Shown: positions 30,859-39,405 of the stretch, piece after piece
Layout of the letters: each line of letters opens with the position of its first letter
Numbering within the stretch: position 1 is the stretch's first letter
Program-made: the position numbers and the translations under genes
Notes under the pieces: generated by a model
What the model was told of the DNA's origin: nothing
Seen by the model: the letters and a program-made list of their open reading frames with translations, nothing else
The model's database searches: none
IMG/VR virus record: IMGVR_UViG_3300033064_000306
Location: 937-64,936 of that record
Source: a virus
Lineage: Duplodnaviria > Caudoviricetes
DNA length: 64,000 nt
Direction: 5' to 3' (one strand)

Positions 30859-31709
30859 TTCACTATGCTCCTTACAAATTGAATTGCCCCATCGAGGCTA
30901 GGTTCTTTAGTTATCAAAGGTTGTGTGTATATATTTTCATACCATATTTCTTTGGTGTCGTAGTCTTTAATTGATTGCACAAGTTGTTTCATGTCTAAAT
31001 TTTCTTGATAATTAAAAAAAGCCTTTATATTAAATTCCCGTAGCACCGACATATCACCACTATATATAGGCACAGTTAATCCAGCATAGGCATCAATCAG
31101 CTTCTCAGTAATGTAGCCATCGTACACAGAGTTCTCAGGACAAAGGGAAAACTTGTAGTCCTTGAGCAGATCAAACTTTGAACCCCTCAATGCTTTACCA
31201 AACATGTTGCCATAGCCATCGACTTGTTTGTACTTTGATATGCTGTAAAATAGATTAATGCGTAGCCCTTCTGGGTTACCAGCGATAAGCGCACAAAACT
31301 TATCTTTGCCTGTTGTATCTAGCTTACGTGAGCGCATCAGGTTTTTAATATCAATCAATGGTTCGTAGCCATGATTATTACTACCAACACAACGTGGCTT
31401 CTCTTCAAACCCATCCCAAGCTAGCCTCGAATACCATAGTGGTAAGCGCACATTACGACCGCCGTAAGTATCATAGTCAAAAGACAAAGAGTGGTTGTAC
31501 CCAATATAGTTTGGACGAATGTTCTCACCGATGTAGGATAGCGTTTTAGTTGGGTCAGTTTGCACGTTTCCAAATACTGAAGTAACCACGAGATCAGCCT
31601 CGTGTGGGTTAGTAGTATAAGTAAGATCAGCAAAGCAACTGCGAAAGAAAAAATCAAAGAAATCCCCATCAAATGCTCCCTCCCAAAAGTTAGTTATACA
31701 CAACTTCAA
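30855..31709 (-). CDS. GT10 alpha-1,3-fucosyltransferase-like protein
   Basis: YKFSLCPENS..DGYITEKLIDAY..LTVPIY, the alpha-1,3-FucT signature. Confidence 0.85.
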   Translation of the reverse strand: MKLCITNFWEGAFDGDFFDFFFRSCFADLTYTTNPHEADLVVTSVFGNVQTDPTKTLSYIGENIRPNYIGYNHSLSFDYDTYGGRNVRLPLWYSRLAWDGFEEKPRCVGSNNHGYEPLIDIKNLMRSRKLDTTGKDKFCALIAGNPEGLRINLFYSISKYKQVDGYGNMFGKALRGSKFDLLKDYKFSLCPENSVYDGYITEKLIDAYAGLTVPIYSGDMSVLREFNIKAFFNYQENLDMKQLVQSIKDYDTKEIWYENIYTQPLITKEPSLDGAIQFVRSIVK

Positions 31710-31873
31710 AATAAAGCCTCCTCAAATGTACTTAGATCAATCATCATCTTCTTTAAGCGTAATCGTTTGAACGTCCACCCAACTCTCCCATTTACGATTT
31801 GGCGTGCTTCTTCTTGCCTTGAAACCACTCGCATCAGGTCTTGGTTTTCGTCGTAGATTCGGTACTGATTCAT
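31706..31873 (-). CDS. Small hypothetical protein
   Basis: Likely start MNQYRIYDE; stop overlaps the next start. Confidence 0.45.
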   Translation of the reverse strand: MNQYRIYDENQDLMRVVSRQEEARQIVNGRVGWTFKRLRLKKMMIDLSTFEEALF

Positions 31874-31942
31874 AGTTAGGTAGCTTAGTAAATGTTGGAA
31901 TGTCAAGAGGTAACTTACGTAGCACCTCATCAACTATCTCAA

Positions 31943-32074
31943 TCAAGAGCAGTTTGTCACGCTTCCGCATATCGTACAGTTAATTATCTTGCCATTAATT
32001 ATTAAGGTTTCAATACGACATGCGTAAGCATAGGTAACGCTTAGCAACAGACCGGCAACTATTAGTTTTTTCAT
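31943..32074 (-). CDS. Small secreted Cys-rich peptide, not in the ORF track
   Basis: MKKLIVAGLLLSVTYAYA-CRIETLIINGKIINCTICGSVTNCS; ATGA-coupled. Confidence 0.55.
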   Translation of the reverse strand: MKKLIVAGLLLSVTYAYACRIETLIINGKIINCTICGSVTNCS

Positions 32075-32268
32075 TTCACTCTCCTTTTTTTAGCGGCAAC
32101 AATGCCAACTTCTTGTTTTGGTTCTTTGCTACGTGCTTCTACCATTGCATCTGCTATGGTGTACGCTCTTTGTGCTAATTCACTTTCGGAGTGGTTATCT
32201 TTATATGCTATAACTAACCCCAACATACTAAACATTGCAAAGCAATCCCTTAAATCATTCTCGTTCAT
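32071..32268 (-). CDS. Small hypothetical protein (LRDCFA...AYTIADAM)
   Basis: Coupled ORF; paralog of 28429-28590. Confidence 0.6.
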   Translation of the reverse strand: MNENDLRDCFAMFSMLGLVIAYKDNHSESELAQRAYTIADAMVEARSKEPKQEVGIVAAKKRRVK

Positions 32269-32936
32269 CTGTAGTTTCCTTTTCCGTTATGTTCGCAGTC
32301 CTTAACAGCACAGAACTTGCGACAAGTAAAATTTGGTTTAGCGTTCCACACACCGTTTTCATGGGCAGCTTCTAGCTTATCTGTTTCTGTAATCCAAGCC
32401 AGCCACTTCTCATGGGCTTCATATTTTGTAAAGTTGGCTTTAATGAAGTCATCGCAAACCAAAAAGGCTAGCCCTGTGCGTGCTCTCTCAACCATAGGAA
32501 AGTGTTTGAACACCGCCAAAGCCATGAGTTCTAACTGCTTGGTGTCAGCATACTGAGCAGATTTGCCTGTTTTGTAGTCAATAATGTGGGCAACCTGATC
32601 GTTAATAATTAGCAAGTCGGCTATGCCTCGATACCAAACGTCTTTGTCAAAAAACCCACATGGCTCTAAATCCTCGGTTAGACCCATCTTGTATTCACAA
32701 TGCTTTTGGCCAGGGATACCTTTAAGAACATCCAATACTGGAATAATGAATGCAAACTTCTCCGGTACAGGTGTATTGCTTCCAATGTAATCTTCGGCGG
32801 CTTTGTGTACCATTTCACCATAAGTAATAGCGTCGGTTTTAGGCTCAACAATATCCTTGACTACTCGTAGGTGGTAGTACTTGCGTGGGCATTGTTGGAA
32901 TAAGCCAAGCCCTGAGTATGACCAAGTGATGCTCAT
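32265..32936 (-). CDS. Cas4-like PD-(D/E)XK exonuclease
   Basis: WSYS...CPRKY, GIADLL, IIDYKTGKS, C-terminal CRKFCAVKDC. Confidence 0.85.
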   Translation of the reverse strand: MSITWSYSGLGLFQQCPRKYYHLRVVKDIVEPKTDAITYGEMVHKAAEDYIGSNTPVPEKFAFIIPVLDVLKGIPGQKHCEYKMGLTEDLEPCGFFDKDVWYRGIADLLIINDQVAHIIDYKTGKSAQYADTKQLELMALAVFKHFPMVERARTGLAFLVCDDFIKANFTKYEAHEKWLAWITETDKLEAAHENGVWNAKPNFTCRKFCAVKDCEHNGKGNYR

Positions 32937-33109
32937 TCTTCTATCCTTATCCATGTTTTAACTGCACCTGACATCAAACGCATTTCAGTTTGTGCATTTA
33001 AACAATGCTCATACGCTATTTGAAAGTTATTCCTAACCAATGCGTCATGTGCCAACTTAATTTCCTTAAGTGCTTCTAAATACAATGTCGAATATTCAAT
33101 CTTATCCAT
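32933..33109 (-). CDS. Small hypothetical protein
   Basis: Coupled between polymerase and nuclease genes. Confidence 0.5.
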   Translation of the reverse strand: MDKIEYSTLYLEALKEIKLAHDALVRNNFQIAYEHCLNAQTEMRLMSGAVKTWIRIEE

Positions 33110-34941
33110 TACAAATTCCATTCCTCAATAGCTTTTTTCTTACTGCAATCACCGTAGGATGTACCTACTCCAAGTTCGCAAGTCAATGGAAGTTCTTGAG
33201 CCCACTTAGGTCTCCATTTCATGCACTCGTCAATATACACCATAGCATTATCTTGTTCTTCTTCACGCACTATTGCCATGACTGCGTCGTGTACTGTTAA
33301 TGCAACTCTGTAACGCTTGGCTATACGGAGCATCTGTTCACCAATAATGCACCGTGCTAGGGCTTGGCATAGGTTCTCTACTACCTTACCCCCATAAATC
33401 TTTATTCTTCCACGGCGACTAGCGTAGCTAAACTGTCCTTCTGAGTCTTGTTGGAGGTCTGAATAGTTAAGGTAGAGACCGCTTGGCAATAAGAAACCAT
33501 TCTCCGTAAGGGTAAGTGCCTGCGGTTGACACCCCACTTGCGCAGTTTGTTTATTTCTGAGGGCTTCGAGGGAACTATTAGCTTCTTTCCAAAGTCGGGG
33601 AATGAAAGGGTATCTAGATCTGTAGACATCAATAATCCTAGTCGCTTCCGCATCAGGGATTTCCACCCCAAAAGTTCGTAGTTGTACCCCAAACTTGGTA
33701 GAACCCATGCCATACCCCGCACCGAGGATTGTCGTCTTACCCACAAACCTTTCTCCCGCATCGATCTGCATTTCCTCCTTGCCGTATATAGCAGAAGCCA
33801 TGATTTTGTACACATCTTCTTTCCTCTCAAACGCATCAACTAAGTCGTTTTGTCCACTAAGCCAAGCAACTGTTCTTGCTTCAATTTGTGAACTATCTGC
33901 ATCAATGAGAACGAATCCAGTTGGGGCGACGATGGATTCTTTAAGTAAAGATTTTCTAGGCAGGTTTTGAAGGTTGAGTTTGTCGTCACCACCCCAGCGT
34001 CCAGTATGGGCGGCGTAGTAGCGAAGAGGGACAGGCATCGTTCCTCGTTTAGAGATGTTAATAAATCGCTCGGTTCGGGTTTCTTCAAGGGTGCTCTTAG
34101 TTCCCAATCTAGCGGCGACAACCGCTTGGACACGCTCATCGGGATGGTCTGCCAAAGCTTTGAACCCTTCATCCGACTTTGCAAAGGCATAAGTTTGTTT
34201 ACCATTAGCAGGGCTCTCTTTCATAGGGGGTTCAACACCAAGACTAATTAGTAGTTCAGCTAACTTGGGGTTACTCATCAATGTATCTTTATCTGATATG
34301 CAAGCATCAAGTAACTTTTCTTTACGTGCCTTGACTTGCATCAGATGTTGTTCTAATAGGGGTGTGTCTAGCCGTAGTGTTGGCTCTGAGAACATACGAA
34401 TGGTCAGGTCAATTAACTTTAGTTCTGATCGGCTAAAGCGTTGTGCAAGCAACTGAAATAGGTCATAGGTTAGCTTGACATCGTTCTTGCAATATTCACC
34501 GTACTGTGCCAACTGTGCCTTAGAAAAGTCAGCTCTGCGTAGTCCCTTCGCATCTATTACTTCAGAACCCTTTGTTCCTAACGAATACCGGGAAGCCAGC
34601 TTAGCTAAACTATTACCAGCTTCTAGCCCATCAGTAGCCCTAGCCATACCTAATGTATCTAGCCAAGCCATAGGCTTAATATCAAATACCCAACTAAGAA
34701 TAGCTGAGTCGAACAGGGCATTGTGTGCCAAAGCAAAGCTGGTCTCCCAATCAAATTGCTCTAGCCATGCCTTTGTTTCCTCGAAATTACCTGAGAACCA
34801 TTGGGCTGGTTCGTCGTTATTGGATACAGAAACTCCTATGACCTCGAAGCGATCATCACGAACATACTCTTCAGTTGTTAGCTTGGACAAGCTAAATTGC
34901 TGATCATAATAAGTTTCAAAGTCAATCGTAAAAGTATTCAT
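33109..34941 (-). CDS. polA: DNA polymerase family A with 3'-5' exonuclease
   Basis: DFETY, AHNALFD, motif A DSSQIEAR, motif B RFVGKTTILGAGYG, motif C VHDA. Confidence 0.93.
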   Translation of the reverse strand: MNTFTIDFETYYDQQFSLSKLTTEEYVRDDRFEVIGVSVSNNDEPAQWFSGNFEETKAWLEQFDWETSFALAHNALFDSAILSWVFDIKPMAWLDTLGMARATDGLEAGNSLAKLASRYSLGTKGSEVIDAKGLRRADFSKAQLAQYGEYCKNDVKLTYDLFQLLAQRFSRSELKLIDLTIRMFSEPTLRLDTPLLEQHLMQVKARKEKLLDACISDKDTLMSNPKLAELLISLGVEPPMKESPANGKQTYAFAKSDEGFKALADHPDERVQAVVAARLGTKSTLEETRTERFINISKRGTMPVPLRYYAAHTGRWGGDDKLNLQNLPRKSLLKESIVAPTGFVLIDADSSQIEARTVAWLSGQNDLVDAFERKEDVYKIMASAIYGKEEMQIDAGERFVGKTTILGAGYGMGSTKFGVQLRTFGVEIPDAEATRIIDVYRSRYPFIPRLWKEANSSLEALRNKQTAQVGCQPQALTLTENGFLLPSGLYLNYSDLQQDSEGQFSYASRRGRIKIYGGKVVENLCQALARCIIGEQMLRIAKRYRVALTVHDAVMAIVREEEQDNAMVYIDECMKWRPKWAQELPLTCELGVGTSYGDCSKKKAIEEWNL

Positions 34942-35255
34942 CTATAGGGTTTATACCTATTTTGAATCATAAGTAACTGTTGAGCCTTCAGCCCCTTTAT
35001 TGTTGTTGAACCAAACGGATTGTCCAAGTCATCTTCTTTTTCGTCGGCGGTCATGGTTTGCATAACGGCTAAAGTAAACTCTTCCTTGCGAATTTCTTTT
35101 ATACGGTCAAAAATCATACCTTTTTCGGCTTCGGACATTGCATCACGAAAGTATTCTTTGTAGATAAACTTCCACTTATTATTGTCACCATAAAATTCTT
35201 CGGGGTGCGTAGCCATCCGAGCTAGCACAATTTCAACTCCTGAGTTCATTGGCAT
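34938..35255 (-). CDS. Hypothetical protein
   Basis: Coupled ORF upstream of the polymerase. Confidence 0.55.
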   Translation of the reverse strand: MPMNSGVEIVLARMATHPEEFYGDNNKWKFIYKEYFRDAMSEAEKGMIFDRIKEIRKEEFTLAVMQTMTADEKEDDLDNPFGSTTIKGLKAQQLLMIQNRYKPYR

Positions 35256-35282
35256 CCTTTTTTTTAGGAAACTGGTCCGATA

Positions 35283-35573
35283 TCAGCAACGGTCGTCCTC
35301 TAAATATTCTTTGAGTTTGTTTATATTTTCTTCGTTGATAACAAAAGTCTCGCCTCCTGCATCACGGATGCGTTTTAGTTCTCGTTCTTGGAGTGCGGTG
35401 GTCTTGCCTTTGATGGTCTTGCACTCAATCGCAATGAACAGGGAGTTGAGGCAACATATAATGTCAGGCACACCTGACTTACCAAAGCCATGCGTAGCTG
35501 GAAAAAAGTAGTACACATTGTGTAACTTCAATAGCTTAACAACTGCGGCTTTAACCTTAGCTTCGGGCTTCAT
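35283..35573 (-). CDS. VRR-NUC / Holliday-junction-resolvase-like nuclease
   Basis: PEAKV...GVPDII...IECK...TALQ. Confidence 0.8.
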   Translation of the reverse strand: MKPEAKVKAAVVKLLKLHNVYYFFPATHGFGKSGVPDIICCLNSLFIAIECKTIKGKTTALQERELKRIRDAGGETFVINEENINKLKEYLEDDRC

Positions 35574-35607
35574 TTACTTTCCTTATGTTACTGCTTATTA
35601 TTGACAC

Positions 35608-35635
35608 AGTATAGTCCTTAGCCAGACGAAAGCAA
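35608..35635 (-). promoter_or_regulatory. Sigma70-like promoter for the replication operon
   Basis: TTGCTT-N16-TATACT, downstream of the early terminator. Confidence 0.5.
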
Positions 35636-35710
35636 GTGATTCTGGAAAATTATTTTATAGGGATAAACACCTAGAAAAGACAAAGTGTCACTATGCCACT
35701 TTGTCCCAAT

Positions 35711-35732
35711 AAAAAAGCCACCCGAAGGTGGC
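35711..35732 (-). terminator. Intrinsic terminator ending the early operon
   Basis: GCCACC-TTCG-GGTGGC-TTTTTT. Confidence 0.88.
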
Positions 35733-35744
35733 TTAGTAGGCTAA

Positions 35745-35814
35745 AGTATATTCCGCATCCTACTTGCGTTAGAGGGGAGATTGTGGCTTTCGCCTCACCT
35801 ACCTAACATATACT
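35745..35814 (-). ncRNA. Candidate structured RNA
   Basis: Nested helices and a GGC-GAAA-GCC tetraloop in a non-coding gap. Confidence 0.35.
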
Positions 35815-35848
35815 AGGCTTTAGTAAGTGCAATCAGGAAAACATAATT

Positions 35849-36760
35849 CTACTGCGTAGTGGTATCTCTTTCTACTATGAATAACATATCACCTCTAAAC
35901 TTGCAACCTAGATTAGAGTAAGGCTCATCTTGGTTTATTACCTTGAACATTGCCACCTTTTCACGAATAGCTTGAGGCACTTCCTCCAACTCTTTATACT
36001 TCTTAAGCGTCTGAGTAGCGTAACTATATATAGCTAGACTACCATTACTAAATATAGATACCGCATAGCCTTTGCCTGACTTCTTATGCTCTACTAAGTC
36101 ATTGGCTTCGTCCCATTCGTTGCATAGCTTCTCATGCTTCTCCAACTTACTAGCTACTGACTGAGGAATAGCGGGCAATGTAACTGTATCTATGCCTGCT
36201 TTTCTAGCCTTGTATGCACTAAGCACGTACCCCATGACTTCGTCTTCTGTGTTTACATCATATTTAATATACGAGTAGGCTTGCCTTTCCAAGTCCCTAA
36301 GTTGGTTATCGACCTGACCCTTGATTAAGCCAATGAGTTCTTCGTTCTGCCTGTTAACAAACACCTTCTTAACTGTGCGTAGTGCCACCTTGATGTTCTT
36401 GGTGTAAGTGCTTTCAGGATTACCTCGTTCTTTGCTAATGCGAAAACTCTCTACACCATATACCCATTCTTTATTACCACGAGAGTATCTCTCAGTAACA
36501 GACAAGCCACCCAAGCGTTCGCCGTCTTGATAGACATTAACATAATAAATCTCGGCTTTGTTGTTTCGCTCCATCTTAGTCCCACCCTTGCCATCATCAA
36601 CCTCTTCATAGTTATGGTTGATGCTGACGGAATTCTCTTCTGCCTTGAACTCGCATAGTGGTTTTAGTAATGACACTTGTTCTACAAAACTTTCAAGGTC
36701 GTTTCTAAATGGTGCGTTGCGATACTCTGCCTTGACACCGCTTTTGTCTATGTTAACCAT
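35849..36760 (-). CDS. Early hypothetical protein
   Basis: 303 aa; AGGAGG RBS. Confidence 0.7.
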   Translation of the reverse strand: MVNIDKSGVKAEYRNAPFRNDLESFVEQVSLLKPLCEFKAEENSVSINHNYEEVDDGKGGTKMERNNKAEIYYVNVYQDGERLGGLSVTERYSRGNKEWVYGVESFRISKERGNPESTYTKNIKVALRTVKKVFVNRQNEELIGLIKGQVDNQLRDLERQAYSYIKYDVNTEDEVMGYVLSAYKARKAGIDTVTLPAIPQSVASKLEKHEKLCNEWDEANDLVEHKKSGKGYAVSIFSNGSLAIYSYATQTLKKYKELEEVPQAIREKVAMFKVINQDEPYSNLGCKFRGDMLFIVERDTTTQ

Positions 36761-36769
36761 ACTTCCTCC

Positions 36770-37639
36770 TTAGAAATCAAACTTACTTAAGATAGCGTCG
36801 ACCTTCATCTTGACCGCTTCTCTAGCATTACTGTTATCACGCAGACTGTCGAGGTCGTGGTGGGCGATAGCTGACTGCAAGTCTTTGCGTGCTTGCTCTA
36901 GCTTGGGGTCTTGTGTGATGTTCAAGTGCTTCAGCATATCCACTAACTCCACGCTATTCTCTACTAAGGAGTCACGGAATATTTTTCGTGAGCCGTCGGC
37001 ATTGTCAGTCAACCTTTCGCTTGTGCGGGTTAAGCACTCATGCAATCTACTCCATGCTTCACGCATAGCGTTGTTCAACCTATCTTCGTAGGCGGTGTTG
37101 CAGTTAGCCATAATCTCCGCTTTGGATTCCTCGTTGATGTCGATACGGAAGTCGCCTGCGGTGGGGACAGGAAAGAAACTATATGTGAACTTGAACTTCT
37201 TCTTTAAGCTGTCCTCATTCGGGTATTCGTTTCTGTCGAATAGGTCACCAAGTTGAAAGGCAGCCGCACTTACTAGAGTTGGATACGACTCGATGAACTT
37301 ATCTACTAATGCGTCGTAGTTCTCCTCTAACTTGTTGAGTTGCTCCTTGTAGTTCATGAAGTTAGACATGGGCAACAAGCGTGAGCCGTTGTCAGTCCAC
37401 GGCAGGGTTTGAGAAAGATGCCATGCTCTAGCATTAGCCGCATACTTGACGAGGTTCTCTAACACCCCTGTGCCTGCCATCAGGTTCTTGTTAGCATTGA
37501 CCACCTTGGTCTTTGTCCCCTTGGCTAAGTCAACCTCTGTTGATACACGCTTATCCAATTTCCTAGCAGTCCATGTGCTGATGGATAGCTCGACGAGCAT
37601 CGCTGATGATGCAATTGAAATACTGTTATTCAGTTCCAT
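36770..37639 (-). CDS. Early protein, possibly DUF3150-like
   Basis: Start MELNN after a GAGGA RBS; WTARKLDK...TLPW...F.PVP pattern; next to AAA/VWA genes. Confidence 0.55.
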   Translation of the reverse strand: MELNNSISIASSAMLVELSISTWTARKLDKRVSTEVDLAKGTKTKVVNANKNLMAGTGVLENLVKYAANARAWHLSQTLPWTDNGSRLLPMSNFMNYKEQLNKLEENYDALVDKFIESYPTLVSAAAFQLGDLFDRNEYPNEDSLKKKFKFTYSFFPVPTAGDFRIDINEESKAEIMANCNTAYEDRLNNAMREAWSRLHECLTRTSERLTDNADGSRKIFRDSLVENSVELVDMLKHLNITQDPKLEQARKDLQSAIAHHDLDSLRDNSNAREAVKMKVDAILSKFDF

Positions 37640-37904
37640 TTGATTCCTCTTCGGTTGGTTGGGACATAGTGTCACCTTGACACTTTGTCCGTTGGTTGTA
37701 AAACTTTACAAGGTGTTGGATTGCTTGAGAATAGGTTAAGTTAAAGCCCATCTCTACACCCATCTTGTTTTTAATAGTGACTAACATCTCAACTGTTTCG
37801 GGGTTGAGACTAATGTTAATCTTGCCATCTTTCACTCTGCCTTTCGGCACTTTAGTTTTGATAGGGTCGTTCATACCGCCGTATCCTTCTTCGATTATTT
37901 GCAT
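37626..37904 (-). CDS. Possible ribbon-helix-helix DNA-binding protein
   Basis: AAGGAG RBS; KINISLNPETVEML...TYSQAIQHLV. Confidence 0.45.
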   Translation of the reverse strand: MQIIEEGYGGMNDPIKTKVPKGRVKDGKINISLNPETVEMLVTIKNKMGVEMGFNLTYSQAIQHLVKFYNQRTKCQGDTMSQPTEEESNGTE

Positions 37905-37914
37905 TTGATTCTCC

Positions 37915-39153
37915 TTATTCGACATGAACAATTTTGCCAACGGGTGCGTCAGCACTACTAAAGCGACTATTACCTTTGATGCACCACAACACAGGAGCAG
38001 ATAGAGTCCAATTACTTGGGTCTTGTTGCCCGATGTATCCGTCGGTCAGCATGATTAAACACTCAGGCTTGATGTTGTGCTTCTCCATAAACTTAGGCAC
38101 GCAAGCTGGCTCAGTCCCCCCACCACCCGCAGGCTTTGTGCTTTCGGTTAACCCTGAAAGTTCGTTCTCCATATATGTTTCTCTAGAAGCAACATGGGTA
38201 TCCCAATACAGTAGGTCAATGACTTCGGGTGATACCTCTTCGCAGATAGACTTAACCTCTGATAAGAATTGATTTAGTTCTGCCGAACCAATCGAACCCG
38301 ATGTGTCAATAGCGATTGCGATACCACCTACCTTTTCAGAATAGGATGAGGGCATAATTATATCGGCAGCAAGATAACGCTTATGCAGTCGTCGCCATGT
38401 AGATTGGTCTTTACCTTGCGTCATCGACTTAACGAAATCACGCAACGCTTCCTTCCAATCAATCTTGGGAACAAGCATATCTCCAATCTCACGACTGACA
38501 TTACCACCTAGCTTACCTACAAGAATAGAACCCTGACGCAACGCTGACTCGACTTCTTTAGCGATAGCTTCTTTCTCTTCGGTAGACATTTCTTTAGCAC
38601 CATCCCAATCATGCTCGTCAAAACCTTTGCCTTCACCTTTGATTGGATTATCACCATCACCACCACTACCACCTCCACCGCCACCACCACCTTCTTCCTT
38701 CTCTTTCTCTAGCAGTAGAAAGATTTGGTGTGAGTCCATACCTCGATACTTCTCGTCGATTAGACCTAGCACATTACCTAGTTCGTCGGTAGGCATTTCA
38801 GTATCGTTTTCATGAGGGTCATAGTCACGGATTTGCAGGTTAATCACATAATCGCAAGCCATATTAGCCAACTGTGCGTTCTTCTTATGCAACTTCTCCC
38901 ACACTACCAAGTGACGATAAGCCTTGTGCATATTCTCGTGCAAGATAAGGAAAGCCAACTGCTTGTCGTTCAAGCTGTCTACAAACTTACGACCATACCG
39001 AACATCAAGTCCGTTGGTGCAAGCAGTAGCTACATTGTCCTCGACTGTGACTTTGCCAATCATGAACAAGCCTGAGAACAAGCAATAGTTCTTGTGCTTC
39101 ATTAACTGCACATGACAACGCTCAATGCGTTGCTCTGCTGATAATCTACTCAT
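37915..39153 (-). CDS. Metallopeptidase-like + VWA domain protein (DUF2201 type)
   Basis: HENMH (HExxH); MIDAS DTSGS; GGGT; LTDGY. Confidence 0.85.
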   Translation of the reverse strand: MSRLSAEQRIERCHVQLMKHKNYCLFSGLFMIGKVTVEDNVATACTNGLDVRYGRKFVDSLNDKQLAFLILHENMHKAYRHLVVWEKLHKKNAQLANMACDYVINLQIRDYDPHENDTEMPTDELGNVLGLIDEKYRGMDSHQIFLLLEKEKEEGGGGGGGGSGGDGDNPIKGEGKGFDEHDWDGAKEMSTEEKEAIAKEVESALRQGSILVGKLGGNVSREIGDMLVPKIDWKEALRDFVKSMTQGKDQSTWRRLHKRYLAADIIMPSSYSEKVGGIAIAIDTSGSIGSAELNQFLSEVKSICEEVSPEVIDLLYWDTHVASRETYMENELSGLTESTKPAGGGGTEPACVPKFMEKHNIKPECLIMLTDGYIGQQDPSNWTLSAPVLWCIKGNSRFSSADAPVGKIVHVE

Positions 39154-39163
39154 ATAAATCTCC

Positions 39164-39394
39164 TTAGTTCCATCTTAGTTTTGGACAATCAGGGGCAGTG
39201 TTTCTACCCCTACGCACACATAGTGTGTCTGCAATTAAGTCTTTTAAGCCATGACGCATACAATCTAGTCGTCTGTCCATCTTGGCATAAAGGCTTTCAC
39301 GCAAATCACCATTGGTTCTACTAATACGCTTGACCTTGTGCAAACCCCTACGCTTCCACATACGCTCAAGTGCTACGCTTACTCGCTTAGTCAT
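39164..39394 (-). CDS. Small basic hypothetical protein
   Basis: Likely start MTKRVS with a GGGGGA RBS. Confidence 0.45.
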   Translation of the reverse strand: MTKRVSVALERMWKRRGLHKVKRISRTNGDLRESLYAKMDRRLDCMRHGLKDLIADTLCVRRGRNTAPDCPKLRWN

Positions 39395-39405
39395 ATATCC
39401 CCCTA

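Noticed and set aside
32265-32936. Cas4-like gene as evidence of a CRISPR-Cas system
   Set aside because: Solo Cas4-like nucleases are routine in phage replication modules; no array or other cas genes.
34945-35673. TAGGG...ACCTA imperfect palindromes at 34945 and 35658
   Set aside because: Only two copies of unequal length, one inside a CDS; not distinguishable from chance by eye.
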